Shown piece after piece: positions 31,522 to 42,049 of a DNA stretch of 64,000 nucleotides. The position numbers were made by a program, and so were the translations under genes. The DNA comes from Minisyncoccia bacterium. Its GTDB lineage: Bacteria; Patescibacteriota; Minisyncoccia; Phycocordibacterales; CALRBL01. The stretch spans positions 9,632 to 73,631 of the forward strand of contig JBBRPW010000001.1 in NCBI GenBank assembly GCA_038227435.1. The letters are read 5' to 3'. Below the pieces are notes generated by a model that saw only the letters and a program-made list of their open reading frames with translations, was not told the origin of the DNA and ran no database searches. Position 1 is the stretch's first letter; every line of letters begins with the position of its first letter.

Positions 31522-33276
31522 ATGTTCATCAATGAACCGCAGTTGCGAAAGTTTATGCTCGACTCTGGATTAGTAAACCAGGAAGATTTAGATGCGGCTC
31601 AAGCAAAAGCTGATGAAAAGAAAATTTCTGTAGGGCAAATTTTGGTGAGCGAGGGAAAATTAAAAGAGGATGATCTTCGTCGCATGCAGGCATATGTTTT
31701 AGGGTTGCCTTTCGTAGAACTTAAAAATATTAAAATTGATTTCAGTATTCTTTCTCTTATTCCAGAGCCAATTGCACGAAATAACAATATTGTGGCATAT
31801 AAACGTTCTGGAGACGCCCTTGAAGTAGCCATGCTTGATGGTGATGACTTAGGTGCAATCGATTTTGTACGTAAAAAAGTAGGACTTCGAATTTTACCCC
31901 GTTTAACAGACGTTGAATCAATGAAGGCGGTCCTCATTCAGTATCAAAAAAGTTTGAAGGCGGATTTTGGCGATATTATTCAAAAAGAAACAGTAAATAT
32001 TAAAGCTATTGCTGACGCAGTAGGGGAAAGTGGTGCGAGCGAATCTGATTTGAAGAAAATGGCCGAGGATTTGCCGGTAATTCGAATTGTAGATACTTTG
32101 TTAAAGCACGCTGTGCTTCAAGATGCATCTGATATTCATATTGAACCCATGGAAACTGAGGTAATTGTTCGATATCGAATCGACGGAATGCTTCATGAGG
32201 CCATGATTTTGCCCAAAACTGCTGGCGATTCTATTACCGCGCGCCTTAAAGTACTTTCTAACCTTAAACTCGACGAAAAACGATTACCGCAAGACGGGCG
32301 GTTTAAGATTGATATGAATGGCGAAAAAGTAGCCTTTCGAGTTTCAATGTTGCCCACATACTATGGCGAAAAAACAGTAATGCGACTTTTGCGAGAAAAT
32401 GTATCTGGATTTACCCTTGAAGGCCTTGGTTTTCATGGAGATGGTTTAGAGCGAATTTATGATGCGACAAAGCTGGCAAACGGACTTATTCTAACTACCG
32501 GGCCAACAGGATCCGGAAAAACAACAACTCTTTACACGGTTTTAGACATTTTAAATACGCCAGATGTAAACATTTCAACTATTGAAGACCCGGTTGAATA
32601 TCAAATGAAGCGAATTAATCAAAGTCAGGTTAAGCCTGAAATTGGATTTACGTTTGCAGCGGGACTTCGTTCATTAGTGCGACAAGACCCGGATATTATT
32701 ATGGTGGGGGAGATTCGAGATACCGAAACGGCATCCTTGGCCATTAATGCTGCGCTTACGGGGCACTTAGTGCTCTCAACTCTCCACACAAACTCTGCAG
32801 CAGGTGCCATCCCGCGTTTGATTGATATGCATTCGGAGCCTTTCTTAATTGTTTCAACTGTTTCTATTATCGTTGCTCAACGACTTATTCGAAAATTAAC
32901 TCCAAATAAAGAAGAATACAATTTAAATGCAGACGAATTAAAACAATTACAAAAATATATCGATTTAGACAAAATGATGGGATTTTTGAAGGCTGAAAAA
33001 CTTGTAAAACCAGCAGCTACTTGGAAAGATGTACCGTTTTTTAGACCAGTAAAATCAGCAGAATCAGAAGACGGGTACGCCGGACGACTTGGAATTCACG
33101 AAGTACTCAAAATGAGTACAGCAATTAAAGAATTGATTATGAAAGGGGGAACAGGAGACCAAATTGAAGCACAGGCTAAGAAAGAGGGAATGATGACGAT
33201 GATTGAAGACGGAATTTTTAAATGTGTCCAGGGAGTTACAACAATTGAAGAGGTACTCCGAGTAGTAACGGAATAA
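31522..33276 (+). CDS. pilB: Type IV pilus assembly ATPase PilB/GspE
   Basis: ASDIHIEP, RLPQDGR, GPTGSGKTTT, EDPVE, RQDPDIIMVGEIRD, TGHLVLSTLHTN. Confidence 0.95.
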   Translation: MFINEPQLRKFMLDSGLVNQEDLDAAQAKADEKKISVGQILVSEGKLKEDDLRRMQAYVLGLPFVELKNIKIDFSILSLIPEPIARNNNIVAYKRSGDALEVAMLDGDDLGAIDFVRKKVGLRILPRLTDVESMKAVLIQYQKSLKADFGDIIQKETVNIKAIADAVGESGASESDLKKMAEDLPVIRIVDTLLKHAVLQDASDIHIEPMETEVIVRYRIDGMLHEAMILPKTAGDSITARLKVLSNLKLDEKRLPQDGRFKIDMNGEKVAFRVSMLPTYYGEKTVMRLLRENVSGFTLEGLGFHGDGLERIYDATKLANGLILTTGPTGSGKTTTLYTVLDILNTPDVNISTIEDPVEYQMKRINQSQVKPEIGFTFAAGLRSLVRQDPDIIMVGEIRDTETASLAINAALTGHLVLSTLHTNSAAGAIPRLIDMHSEPFLIVSTVSIIVAQRLIRKLTPNKEEYNLNADELKQLQKYIDLDKMMGFLKAEKLVKPAATWKDVPFFRPVKSAESEDGYAGRLGIHEVLKMSTAIKELIMKGGTGDQIEAQAKKEGMMTMIEDGIFKCVQGVTTIEEVLRVVTE

Positions 33277-33333
33277 TAAATTATGTTTTAGAAAATTTGC
33301 GCGCACAGATTTTCTTTGTGATATAATTTTGTT

Positions 33334-34557
33334 ATGAAGTTCTCTTTCACCGCGAAACATGCCGACGGAAAAACATTTAAAGATACTCGCGAATACGCAG
33401 ATAAATTTGCACTGTTCCACGATATTAAAAAAGGCGGAGATGTTTTAATTGAATTTAAAGAGAGCGGCAATGATGATGCCTGGTGGAACCACGTTGATGT
33501 TATTTTTTCAAAAATTTTCGGCTCTGTTAAAATGCAGGAGAAAATTGGTTTTGCTCGTAATTTAAGCAACATGCTAGATGCGGGATTAGCCCTGTCTCGC
33601 TCACTTAACGTGATGGAAAGACAGACTAAAAATAAGAAGATAAAAGCTATTTATTCCCATTTAAACGAGCTAATTAGCCAAGGAAAAACATTTCATGAGG
33701 CTCTCGCAGAATATCCACGTGTATTTAATCAATTATTTGTGTCGATGGTACGTGCTGGAGAAGAATCAGGAACGTTAGCTGCATCACTTAAAGAGGTGAG
33801 TGAGCAGATGGAAAAAACCTACATGCTTAAGAAAAAAATTAAGGGAGCAATGATGTACCCCGGAGTTATTTTTACTGTAATGATTATTATTGGAATTTTG
33901 ATGATGATTTTAGTGGTGCCTCGTCTTACAGCAACTTTTGAAGATTTAAAAGTAGAACTCCCAACCTCAACCAAGGTAATTATTTTTATGAGCCATGTAT
34001 GTAAAGATTATTGGCCGCAAGGAATTGGCGTCCTAATTATTCTAGGATCACTTTTATATGCAGCAGCTCGAACACCTGCAGGAAAAAAAACATTTGATTT
34101 TATTTTTCTCCATCTTCCAATTGTTGGTGAACTTGTTAAACAAACAAATACGGCTCAAACGGCCCGAACTCTCTCGTCATTGCTTCATTCTGGGGTAGAT
34201 GTGATGCTTGCTTCCCAAATTACAGGTGATGTTGTTGGAAATTCATTTTATAAAAAAGTTTTGTATGACATGAAAGAAAAAATTGAGAAAGGGGCGCCAA
34301 TGTCTGAATCGTTTTTAGAAAATGAACATTTATACCCCGTATTCGTGGGTGAAATGGTTTCGGTAGGAGAGGAAACAGGCCGATTGGCAATTATGCTTCA
34401 AGGGGTGGCTGTGTTTTATGAAGGTGAAGTAGAACAAAAAACAAAAGACATGTCGACACTTATTGAGCCTCTTTTAATGGTAGTTATTGGAGGCGCTGTA
34501 GGATTCTTTGCGGTAGCCATGATTACTCCTACATATTCAGTATTAAATAATATTTAG
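33334..34557 (+). CDS. pilC: Type IV pilus platform protein PilC/GspF
   Basis: GEESGTL, AMMYP, GEETGRL, LIEP. Confidence 0.95.
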   Translation: MKFSFTAKHADGKTFKDTREYADKFALFHDIKKGGDVLIEFKESGNDDAWWNHVDVIFSKIFGSVKMQEKIGFARNLSNMLDAGLALSRSLNVMERQTKNKKIKAIYSHLNELISQGKTFHEALAEYPRVFNQLFVSMVRAGEESGTLAASLKEVSEQMEKTYMLKKKIKGAMMYPGVIFTVMIIIGILMMILVVPRLTATFEDLKVELPTSTKVIIFMSHVCKDYWPQGIGVLIILGSLLYAAARTPAGKKTFDFIFLHLPIVGELVKQTNTAQTARTLSSLLHSGVDVMLASQITGDVVGNSFYKKVLYDMKEKIEKGAPMSESFLENEHLYPVFVGEMVSVGEETGRLAIMLQGVAVFYEGEVEQKTKDMSTLIEPLLMVVIGGAVGFFAVAMITPTYSVLNNI

Positions 34558-34563
34558 TTTTCA

Positions 34564-36387
34564 ATGGTATCTTTTAAAAATAATAAATTTAAAGGTGCGC
34601 ACTCTGGTTTTACCCTAATCGAAATTTTAGTGGTAACAGCTATTTTTTTGGTAATCACTCTAGCTATTAGCTATACCTATAACAGAACTATCATGGTTTT
34701 GTCGCTCAATAAGATGAAGATAGATGCGATTGATTTAGCAAATGAACAAATTGAAATTATTCACAATCTTCCTTATGCAGACGTTGGAATTGTTGGAGGA
34801 ATTCCAAATGGAAAAATTGATAATGAAATTATTACTCAACGTGACGGGTCGGCCTATCTACTTAAAACAACGATTCGAAATACAGATGACCCAGCAGACG
34901 GAACCGTTGGAGGAACTCCGAACGATTTGTCTCCTGCCGACTATAAATTAGTAGAAGTTGAAGTGAGTTGTGATACAGCAAAAATAGTTGCTCAATCAAC
35001 TACTACTTCGAGGTGTAGTCAATTTCACCCTGTTGTTCTAACAACAATTATAGCTCCAAAGGCACTCGAAACTGCGTCAACAAACGGAGCTCTTTTCGTA
35101 AAAGTTTTTGATGCAAATGGAATAGCGGTGTCCGGAGCAGATGTGCATATTGTTAATCCATATGGAACTAGCACAATTACGATTGACGATGTAACAGATG
35201 TAAACGGACTTCTTCAAATTATTGATGCACCACCAGGAACTAATGCTTATACAATCAGTGTTACGAAAAGTGGATTTTCAACCGATCAAACCTCTGCAAC
35301 AAGTATGAGTCCGTATAAGCCGCCAGCAACAGTTATCACTCAGCAAGTAACTCAAATAAGTTTTGCCATCGATAGACTTTCAACAGTTACGTATAATACG
35401 GTGAATGCTCAATGTTTACCTCAAGGAAATGTGCCGCTTAAAATTACTAGCTCAAAGTTAATTGCTGCAGGAAAACCAAAATCAACATCAACAATTACTA
35501 CAAATGCTGGGGGAGTGTATACAGCAAACAACATTGAATGGGACACATATGCAATTACACCTGGTAGCTCTACATATGACATTTTAGGAATTAATCCAAT
35601 TTCACCCATTAATGTCCTTCCTGGAAGTACTCAATCGGTAACCGTTATTACTGCGCTTCAAAACCCTAATACAGTGCTTATGGTAGTTAAAGATGCAGGA
35701 ACTGGATTACCTTTATCCGATGCGGTTGTTGATATTACTGGGCCATCAGGAAGCTTTAGTTTACAAACAGGACGAGGGTTTGTACGACAAACAGATTGGT
35801 CGGGAGGTGGTGGGCAAACAGATTGGACATCACAAAATCAATTCTATTCGTCAGCGGGAATCAATTATTCAGGAACTCCTGGCCAAATTAAATTACAAAC
35901 GAGCCTTACATCTGGAAATTTAATTTCTTCGGTAATCGACATGAGTACTTCAACCGACTTCAAACAGATTTTATGGAATCCAACAAATCAGCCAGTTCAA
36001 ACAGGAACTTCGAGTGTTCAAATGCAAATTGCTACTTCGGATACTAATAATGGAACCACAACTTGGAACTATGTAGGACCCGATGGCACTGCGGGAACTT
36101 ATTTTATGGTTGGAACTAACGATATTAATGCTGCACAAAGTGGAAAACAATATTTCAGATATAAGGTATTTCTATCGAGCAATTCATCATCATATACTCC
36201 AAATGTTGCCGATATTTCCGTTACATTTACTTCGGCTTGTGTTCCACCGGGGCAGGTGTTATTTGATGGGCTTACTGCGGGTACTTATTCGTATACAATT
36301 ACACGAAGCGGTTACACCACACAATCAGGAAGTATGACCGTCTCAAGTGGATGGCAAACAATAAGTGTGCCTGTGGCTAGTTTGTAA
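34564..36387 (+). CDS. Large minor pilin with carboxypeptidase-regulatory-like beta-sandwich domains
   Basis: GFTLIEILVV type IV prepilin motif; repeated V.D..G.P...A.V.I and Y...V.K.G. Confidence 0.85.
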   Translation: MVSFKNNKFKGAHSGFTLIEILVVTAIFLVITLAISYTYNRTIMVLSLNKMKIDAIDLANEQIEIIHNLPYADVGIVGGIPNGKIDNEIITQRDGSAYLLKTTIRNTDDPADGTVGGTPNDLSPADYKLVEVEVSCDTAKIVAQSTTTSRCSQFHPVVLTTIIAPKALETASTNGALFVKVFDANGIAVSGADVHIVNPYGTSTITIDDVTDVNGLLQIIDAPPGTNAYTISVTKSGFSTDQTSATSMSPYKPPATVITQQVTQISFAIDRLSTVTYNTVNAQCLPQGNVPLKITSSKLIAAGKPKSTSTITTNAGGVYTANNIEWDTYAITPGSSTYDILGINPISPINVLPGSTQSVTVITALQNPNTVLMVVKDAGTGLPLSDAVVDITGPSGSFSLQTGRGFVRQTDWSGGGGQTDWTSQNQFYSSAGINYSGTPGQIKLQTSLTSGNLISSVIDMSTSTDFKQILWNPTNQPVQTGTSSVQMQIATSDTNNGTTTWNYVGPDGTAGTYFMVGTNDINAAQSGKQYFRYKVFLSSNSSSYTPNVADISVTFTSACVPPGQVLFDGLTAGTYSYTITRSGYTTQSGSMTVSSGWQTISVPVASL

Positions 36388-36391
36388 CTAT

Positions 36392-37066
36392 ATGAATCTT
36401 TTTAACTTGTTTACAATAAAAAAATATTCTTCAAAACGAAAAAAAGCAGCACAGGCTGGTTTTACCTTAGTTGAATTACTTATAGTACTCTTCATCATTT
36501 CAATTTTGAGTGTAGTAATTGGTGAATTTCAAAGTAAGGTATTTACATATAATCGAATTTTAACTACAGGAAACAATGCACGTTTCGAAGGAACGAAAGT
36601 AGTAAAACAAATTGCGGCCGAAATGAGGGCAATGGGACCATCAAGTGCAGGAGGGTATCCGATTGAAGCGGCAGGAACCAGTTCAATCATTTTTTATAAC
36701 GATGTAGACGATGATGGAATTAAAGAAAGAATTAGATACTACATTTCAGGAAAAACTCTATACAAGGCTTCAATGAAGCCCATCATCGATCAGAACGGTC
36801 AAACACTTACCACTGAAACGATTACAACGGTAATTACAAACGTAATTAACACTTCAGCCGACCCTATATTTAGTTATTTCGATACGAATTATAATGGAGC
36901 TGAATCATCTGCCACAAGTACAGCAGCACTTCCTTTGCCTATAAACATTTCAAAAATTCGGTTAATTCAAATTAGAGTATTAACTGACAACAGTAATAAT
37001 GAACCGCTTGCTCCACTTGAACTTCGCACCCAAACATCAATTCGAAATTTAAAAGACAATTTATAG
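36392..37066 (+). CDS. Minor pilin (PilW/GspJ-like)
   Basis: GFTLVELLIV; C-terminal IRN; start at ATG 36392. Confidence 0.85.
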   Translation: MNLFNLFTIKKYSSKRKKAAQAGFTLVELLIVLFIISILSVVIGEFQSKVFTYNRILTTGNNARFEGTKVVKQIAAEMRAMGPSSAGGYPIEAAGTSSIIFYNDVDDDGIKERIRYYISGKTLYKASMKPIIDQNGQTLTTETITTVITNVINTSADPIFSYFDTNYNGAESSATSTAALPLPINISKIRLIQIRVLTDNSNNEPLAPLELRTQTSIRNLKDNL

Positions 37067-37095
37067 TTACACGTGCCAGTGATATACTTATTACA

Positions 37096-38592
37096 ATGTC
37101 CTTTGTTTTTAAAATAAATAAAAAACAACAAGCCTCTAAAGGATTCTTTTTACTTGGAATTTTAATTTTTGCTTCAATTTCAGCCCTCATGCTTGCGGCA
37201 GTAGTTCAAGGAGCAATCATAAACGTTAAATTAGCAAACAATGCAGTAGATAGAGAGCAGGCTTTTCATATTGCTGAATCGGGAGTTGAATACTATAGAT
37301 GGCATTTAGCGCACTATGCCACCGATTACAATGATGGAAATGGTTCTACATCAACCGGCCCCTATAATCACATTTTTTACAATAAAGTAGGAAAAGCAAT
37401 TGGCGTATACACATTAAATATTACTCCTCCTGTTTCGGGTTCAACTTTAGTTAATATTCAATCAAATGGCATATTAGAAAATGGCGCAAGTACAACGAGA
37501 AAAGTAAAAACTCAATTAGCTATTCCATCTTTGGCGAAATTTGCCGTAGCAGCAAATGATGATATGCGATTTGGAGAAGGAACTGTCGTATATGGTCCCA
37601 TTCACTCAAATCAAGGAATTCGATTCGATGGATTAACATATAATATTATTTCTAGTTCACTTTCTTCTTATAATGACCCAGATCACTCGGGAGCAGTTGA
37701 GTTCGGAGTTCACACTCACGTTATAGCACCGCCCGGCTCTGGTACATATTCAAATTTCGTTGCGGCCGAAGCGCCTGCTAGTAGTGTCCCATCTCGTACC
37801 GATGTTTTTAAAGCCGGTCGAATTTTTCCCGTTTCTTCAATTGATTTTACGGGTTTTACCACAGATCTCTCATCAATGAAGTCAAAAGCGCAAGCAAGCA
37901 GTTCATATTATGCCGCATCAGGAGGTCTTGGATATCGAATTGTACTCAAAATAAATGGGACGTATGACCTGTATAAAGTAAATACCCTAGTTAGTGCAAA
38001 TGCTAGTTGTAGTAATGGAGGTTCGGGTGATGCTACATGGGGAACATGGTCTATTGCAGCGAGTGGAGGAAGTCAAACTTACATAGGTAATTATAGTATT
38101 CCAAATAACAACGTGATCTTCCTAGAAGATAATTTATGGGTAGAGGGGCAAATTAGTAATAAGAGAATTACAATTGCTGCGGGTAAATTTCCAGATAATG
38201 TTGCAACAAGGCCATCAATTACGATAAATAATAATCTGCTCTATACGCTTTATGATGGGAGTGATGCTCTAGCTCTTGTTTCTCAGGGAGATGTGAACGC
38301 TGGACTAAATAGTTTAGATACACTACGAATAGACGGGGCGTTAATCGCTCAAAATGGCCGTGTTGGGCGCCATTATTACAATTCAAGTTGTGGAGCAGCA
38401 TATGTTCGAAACACCCTTACTTTATATGGAATGATTGCCACAAATCAACGATATGGATTTGCTTATACTGATGGAACTGGATATGACACTCGAGTAATTA
38501 CATACGACGGACATTTTTTATATGGCCCTCCTCCAAGTTTTCCTCTTACTTCAAATCAGTATCAAATTATTTCGTGGGAAGAGCTAAAATAG
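37096..38592 (+). CDS. PilX-like minor pilin with large C-terminal domain
   Basis: GF-hydrophobic N-terminus lacking E5, QAFHIAESGVE, GPIHSN, SWEE C-terminus. Confidence 0.8.
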   Translation: MSFVFKINKKQQASKGFFLLGILIFASISALMLAAVVQGAIINVKLANNAVDREQAFHIAESGVEYYRWHLAHYATDYNDGNGSTSTGPYNHIFYNKVGKAIGVYTLNITPPVSGSTLVNIQSNGILENGASTTRKVKTQLAIPSLAKFAVAANDDMRFGEGTVVYGPIHSNQGIRFDGLTYNIISSSLSSYNDPDHSGAVEFGVHTHVIAPPGSGTYSNFVAAEAPASSVPSRTDVFKAGRIFPVSSIDFTGFTTDLSSMKSKAQASSSYYAASGGLGYRIVLKINGTYDLYKVNTLVSANASCSNGGSGDATWGTWSIAASGGSQTYIGNYSIPNNNVIFLEDNLWVEGQISNKRITIAAGKFPDNVATRPSITINNNLLYTLYDGSDALALVSQGDVNAGLNSLDTLRIDGALIAQNGRVGRHYYNSSCGAAYVRNTLTLYGMIATNQRYGFAYTDGTGYDTRVITYDGHFLYGPPPSFPLTSNQYQIISWEELK

Positions 38593-38605
38593 GTATAATA
38601 GAAAG

Positions 38606-39589
38606 ATGAAGAAATCACCTAAACGATTAAAAAAGAAAACAGTTTCTCGTTCTAAAAATAAACCGAATAGGCGAAATAAAAAAAGTGAGCCGAAGAAGCA
38701 AAATAAGAAATCAAAAGTAAAGTCACCCGCAAAATCTATAAAAAAAGTTGTACAAACAAAAAATAAAGGAAAGTTATCGATTGAAACAAAAATTCCAGAA
38801 CTTTTAGTTGTTGCCAATTGGAAAATGAACCCAGCAACACTTGATGAAGCTAAAATGATTTTAAATACGACAAAACGAACTATCGCAACTCTTAAAAAGG
38901 AGCGGAAAGGAAATAATATGGGAATAGTACTTTGCCCACCGGCTGTTTTTTTTGGAGATATGAGAGGAAAAGTTGAAAATTCGAGGAATCAAAAAAATAA
39001 CAGTTCAATTTCATTTGGAGTACAAAATATTGGAATAGGAGAAACAGGATCATTTACGGGAGAAGTTTCAGCTGCTATCTCAAAGAGCGCCGGGGCACAA
39101 TATTCTATTGTGGGCCATTCTGAAAGACGAGCAATGGGGGAAACTAACGAAGCCGTTGCATTAAAAGTTGAGGCTGCATTAAGAGCTGAACTCATTCCAA
39201 TTATTTGTGTTGGAGAAGCAAAAAAAGATGAACAGGGATTATTTTTAATTGATTTTGAAAAACAAATTCGTATTGCTGTGTCACGAATTAAGCCAATTGA
39301 TATTGAAAGAATTGTTTTTGCATATGAGCCGCTCTATGCAATTGGCGCAGCACAGGCAGTAACTGCACATCAAATTTACGAGCGAAACGTGCTTATAAAA
39401 AAGATTTTGACCGACATGTACGGTAAAGAAAGAGCATTTAAAGTAAAGATTTTGTATGGAGGCTCAGTCGATGCATCAAATGCAATAGACATTGTATTTA
39501 ATGGAAATGCCGGAGGGCTTTTAATTGGTAGAGCTAGTATTAAACCTGAGGAATTCTCACAATTATTGAAAAATTTGAGTTCAAGATAG
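38606..39589 (+). CDS. tpiA: Triosephosphate isomerase with Lys-rich N-terminal extension
   Basis: ANWKMN, GHSERR, AYEP, YGGSV. Confidence 0.93.
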   Translation: MKKSPKRLKKKTVSRSKNKPNRRNKKSEPKKQNKKSKVKSPAKSIKKVVQTKNKGKLSIETKIPELLVVANWKMNPATLDEAKMILNTTKRTIATLKKERKGNNMGIVLCPPAVFFGDMRGKVENSRNQKNNSSISFGVQNIGIGETGSFTGEVSAAISKSAGAQYSIVGHSERRAMGETNEAVALKVEAALRAELIPIICVGEAKKDEQGLFLIDFEKQIRIAVSRIKPIDIERIVFAYEPLYAIGAAQAVTAHQIYERNVLIKKILTDMYGKERAFKVKILYGGSVDASNAIDIVFNGNAGGLLIGRASIKPEEFSQLLKNLSSR

Positions 39590-39649
39590 AATAAGGAAGC
39601 AATAAAGAACCCATCAAGTTAAACTAAATTTAATCAAAACAATATTTAC

Positions 39650-40873
39650 ATGCCCGTTTCAATTAATGAAGCAATAGAGAAGAAATATATTACGATTGGA
39701 ACATACGTGTTGGTACGTGTTGATTTTAACGTATCGATGGATGGAAATACGGTTCGTGATGATTACCGAATTGCGCGGGCACTTCCCACTATTTTAGCCC
39801 TCACGAGTGCTGGCGCAAAAGTAATTTTAATAAGTCATATTGAATTAAGCGAATCTAAAAAACATGGATTAACTGCGGGGAAAAACGATGCCGATAAAAG
39901 TGCGGTGCCAAGCCTACAACCCGTATACGATTATATTAAAACAACATATCCAAAAGAGTTTAATCGATGTTATTTTGTACCTGATTTATTAAGTGAACAA
40001 GGTAAAAAACAAGTGTCACTGTTAAAAGAAGGCGAAATTATTTTAGCCGAAAATATTCGAATGTATGAAGGAGAAAAAAAGAACGACACTGATTTTGCAG
40101 CTGCGCTCGCTAGTTTAGCTACAGTATATGTGAATGATGCCTTCGCTGTGTCTCATCGAGCGCACGCTTCAGTGGTTGGAGTGCCAGCGCTTAAAGCATC
40201 AAATGAACGCTTTGCTGGTCTTTTACTTCAATCTGAAATTGAAGCACTTGACCCTTCAATTCAAAAACCTCGTCCATTTATATTTATCTTAGGAGGAGCG
40301 AAGTTTGAAACAAAACTCCCACTCATTACAAAATATTTAGATGTGGCCGACCATGTTTTTGTGGGAGGAGCACTTGCCAACGACTTATTTAAACTACAAG
40401 GAAATAACGTAGGAAATTCATTAGTATCAACAGATAAAAATATTGAAGAAAGCCTTCGTGAAATTTTAAAAAATAAAAAATTAATTATTCCTGAAGATGT
40501 TTTTGTACTATGCGGACAACATATCGAAATTAAACATCCGGAAGATGTTAAAGATGGTGAAAATATTTTAGATATTGGCCCCGAAAGTTTAGTGAAGTTC
40601 GAATCTTTATGTGAGAATGCTGGATACATTGTATGGAATGGCCCACTTGGTGATTACGAACGCGGTTTTGAATTTGGAACATTAATGCTTGCAAAAATTT
40701 TAGCAAATCTTAATCACAACAAAACACGGACAGTGGTTGGAGGAGGCGACACATTAGCGGCCATCAAAAAAGCCAACGTTTTCGATAAATTCGGCTTCGT
40801 TTCAACAGGAGGAGGAGCAATGCTCGAATACTTAGAGAAGGGAACCCTCGTGGGAGTTGAGGTGTTGAAATAG
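39650..40873 (+). CDS. pgk: Phosphoglycerate kinase
   Basis: RVDFNV, NDAFAVSHRAHAS, WNGPLG, GGGDT, STGGGA. Confidence 0.97.
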   Translation: MPVSINEAIEKKYITIGTYVLVRVDFNVSMDGNTVRDDYRIARALPTILALTSAGAKVILISHIELSESKKHGLTAGKNDADKSAVPSLQPVYDYIKTTYPKEFNRCYFVPDLLSEQGKKQVSLLKEGEIILAENIRMYEGEKKNDTDFAAALASLATVYVNDAFAVSHRAHASVVGVPALKASNERFAGLLLQSEIEALDPSIQKPRPFIFILGGAKFETKLPLITKYLDVADHVFVGGALANDLFKLQGNNVGNSLVSTDKNIEESLREILKNKKLIIPEDVFVLCGQHIEIKHPEDVKDGENILDIGPESLVKFESLCENAGYIVWNGPLGDYERGFEFGTLMLAKILANLNHNKTRTVVGGGDTLAAIKKANVFDKFGFVSTGGGAMLEYLEKGTLVGVEVLK

Positions 40874-40926
40874 GTGATTTAAAATCTATTTTTCTTTTTT
40901 GGGTAGGTGTGTAGTATTATTGATAT

Positions 40927-41676
40927 ATGTTTGAAAAATATCTTCAAGAATTAGGATTATCCGATAAGGAGGCAAGTGTATATATTTCACTTCTCCAGGT
41001 AGATAACGACTCAGTACTCGATTTGTCTAAAAAAACAAAAATTAATAGAACCACTATCTACCCAGTCCTTGAAAGCTTGGCCAAAAAAGGTCTTATTAGC
41101 GAAGCACAAGTTGATAAAAAGATTAGATATCACGCCGAACCACCCGAACGATTAGAAACATATGTTGAGCGGCAAAAAACAATGCTTCAAGAGCATTCAA
41201 ATCGATTAAAAGATGTAATTCCTCAGTTAAAAAGTATTCAGAGGGAAACTGGGGAAAAACCAATGGTTAAGTATTTTGAAGGTAGACAGGGTGCGATCAG
41301 TTCTCTTGAAGAGTTTTATAATTCAATCGGAAAAGGTGGCACTGCATATTTAATTTATCCAAAAGATGCAATAAAAAATATCTTCAATGAAAAAGAAATT
41401 GAAAAATATCGATCAATACGCCTTAAAAGGGAAATAAAGACAAAAGTAATAAGTACTTCGTCAAAAAACGACATAATTTCTGATTCAACAGGTAATCGAA
41501 TACAAATTGACGGAGAAAAGTATCCCATCACTTCGGATATTGCTATTTACGAAGATAAAGTAAGGGTTACTATTTTGGGGAAGTCTTTAGCAGCATTTTC
41601 AATAAAGAGTCAGGATCTTGCTGATACACTTCGTAGTTTATTTGATTTGGTATTTGATCTATCAAAAAATAAATAA
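40927..41676 (+). CDS. TrmB-family transcriptional regulator
   Basis: LGLSDKEASVY wHTH, RTTIYPVLESL..KGL, P.VKYFEG, IYEDKV C-terminal domain. Confidence 0.88.
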   Translation: MFEKYLQELGLSDKEASVYISLLQVDNDSVLDLSKKTKINRTTIYPVLESLAKKGLISEAQVDKKIRYHAEPPERLETYVERQKTMLQEHSNRLKDVIPQLKSIQRETGEKPMVKYFEGRQGAISSLEEFYNSIGKGGTAYLIYPKDAIKNIFNEKEIEKYRSIRLKREIKTKVISTSSKNDIISDSTGNRIQIDGEKYPITSDIAIYEDKVRVTILGKSLAAFSIKSQDLADTLRSLFDLVFDLSKNK

Positions 41677-41694
41677 GAGACTTATATAATAAAA

Positions 41695-41732
41695 GATACC
41701 CCGATCGCACAACGTGCTGCGATCGGGGTATT
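41695..41732. terminator. Probable bidirectional terminator between trmB and the antisense minigene transcript
   Basis: gataccccgatcgca...tgcgatcggggtatt long inverted repeat. Confidence 0.75.
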
Positions 41733-41753
41733 TGGTTTAGACCCCGTGGTCTT

Positions 41754-41804
41754 TTACTCCGAGAACGATAAGGTATTGCCCTTCGCGTTCTCGAACGATT
41801 TCAT
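41754..41804 (-). CDS. Putative 16-aa micropeptide MKSFENAKGNTLSFSE
   Basis: Manual translation; purine-rich gaggggtagg upstream; lies within a hairpin. Confidence 0.25.
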   Translation of the reverse strand: MKSFENAKGNTLSFSE

Positions 41805-41841
41805 TGGCCTACCCCTCGGGGTAGAAAATAAGGTGTGTTTA

Positions 41842-41853
41842 CTAGTCAGACAT
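41842..41853 (-). other. Minigene ATG-TCT-GAC-TAG (M-S-D-stop)
   Basis: Preceded by AAGGA; followed by a second stop TAA. Confidence 0.4.
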
Positions 41854-41920
41854 ACTATTTTTCCTTCGGTCGGGGTTCTCTCTAACAAGGTTTGGATTTT
41901 GAGGACAGCTTTTAGCTACT

Positions 41921-41962
41921 AGTCCCAGCCAACAGCCGATTCGGGCGCTGTTGGCTGGGACT
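41921..41962. repeat. Perfect 16-bp inverted repeat hairpin
   Basis: agtcccagccaacagc-N10-gctgttggctgggact. Confidence 0.85.
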
Positions 41963-41973
41963 TTCACTTTCGG

Positions 41974-41985
41974 CTAGTCGCCCAT
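41974..41985 (-). other. Minigene ATG-GGC-GAC-TAG (M-G-D-stop)
   Basis: Preceded by a perfect SD AAGGAGGT with 3-nt spacing. Confidence 0.45.
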
Positions 41986-42049
41986 ATTACCTCCTTGTTA
42001 AGGTTCGGGAATCGTTCATAAGCAAGAGCGCTAATGAATTTCCAAATAA

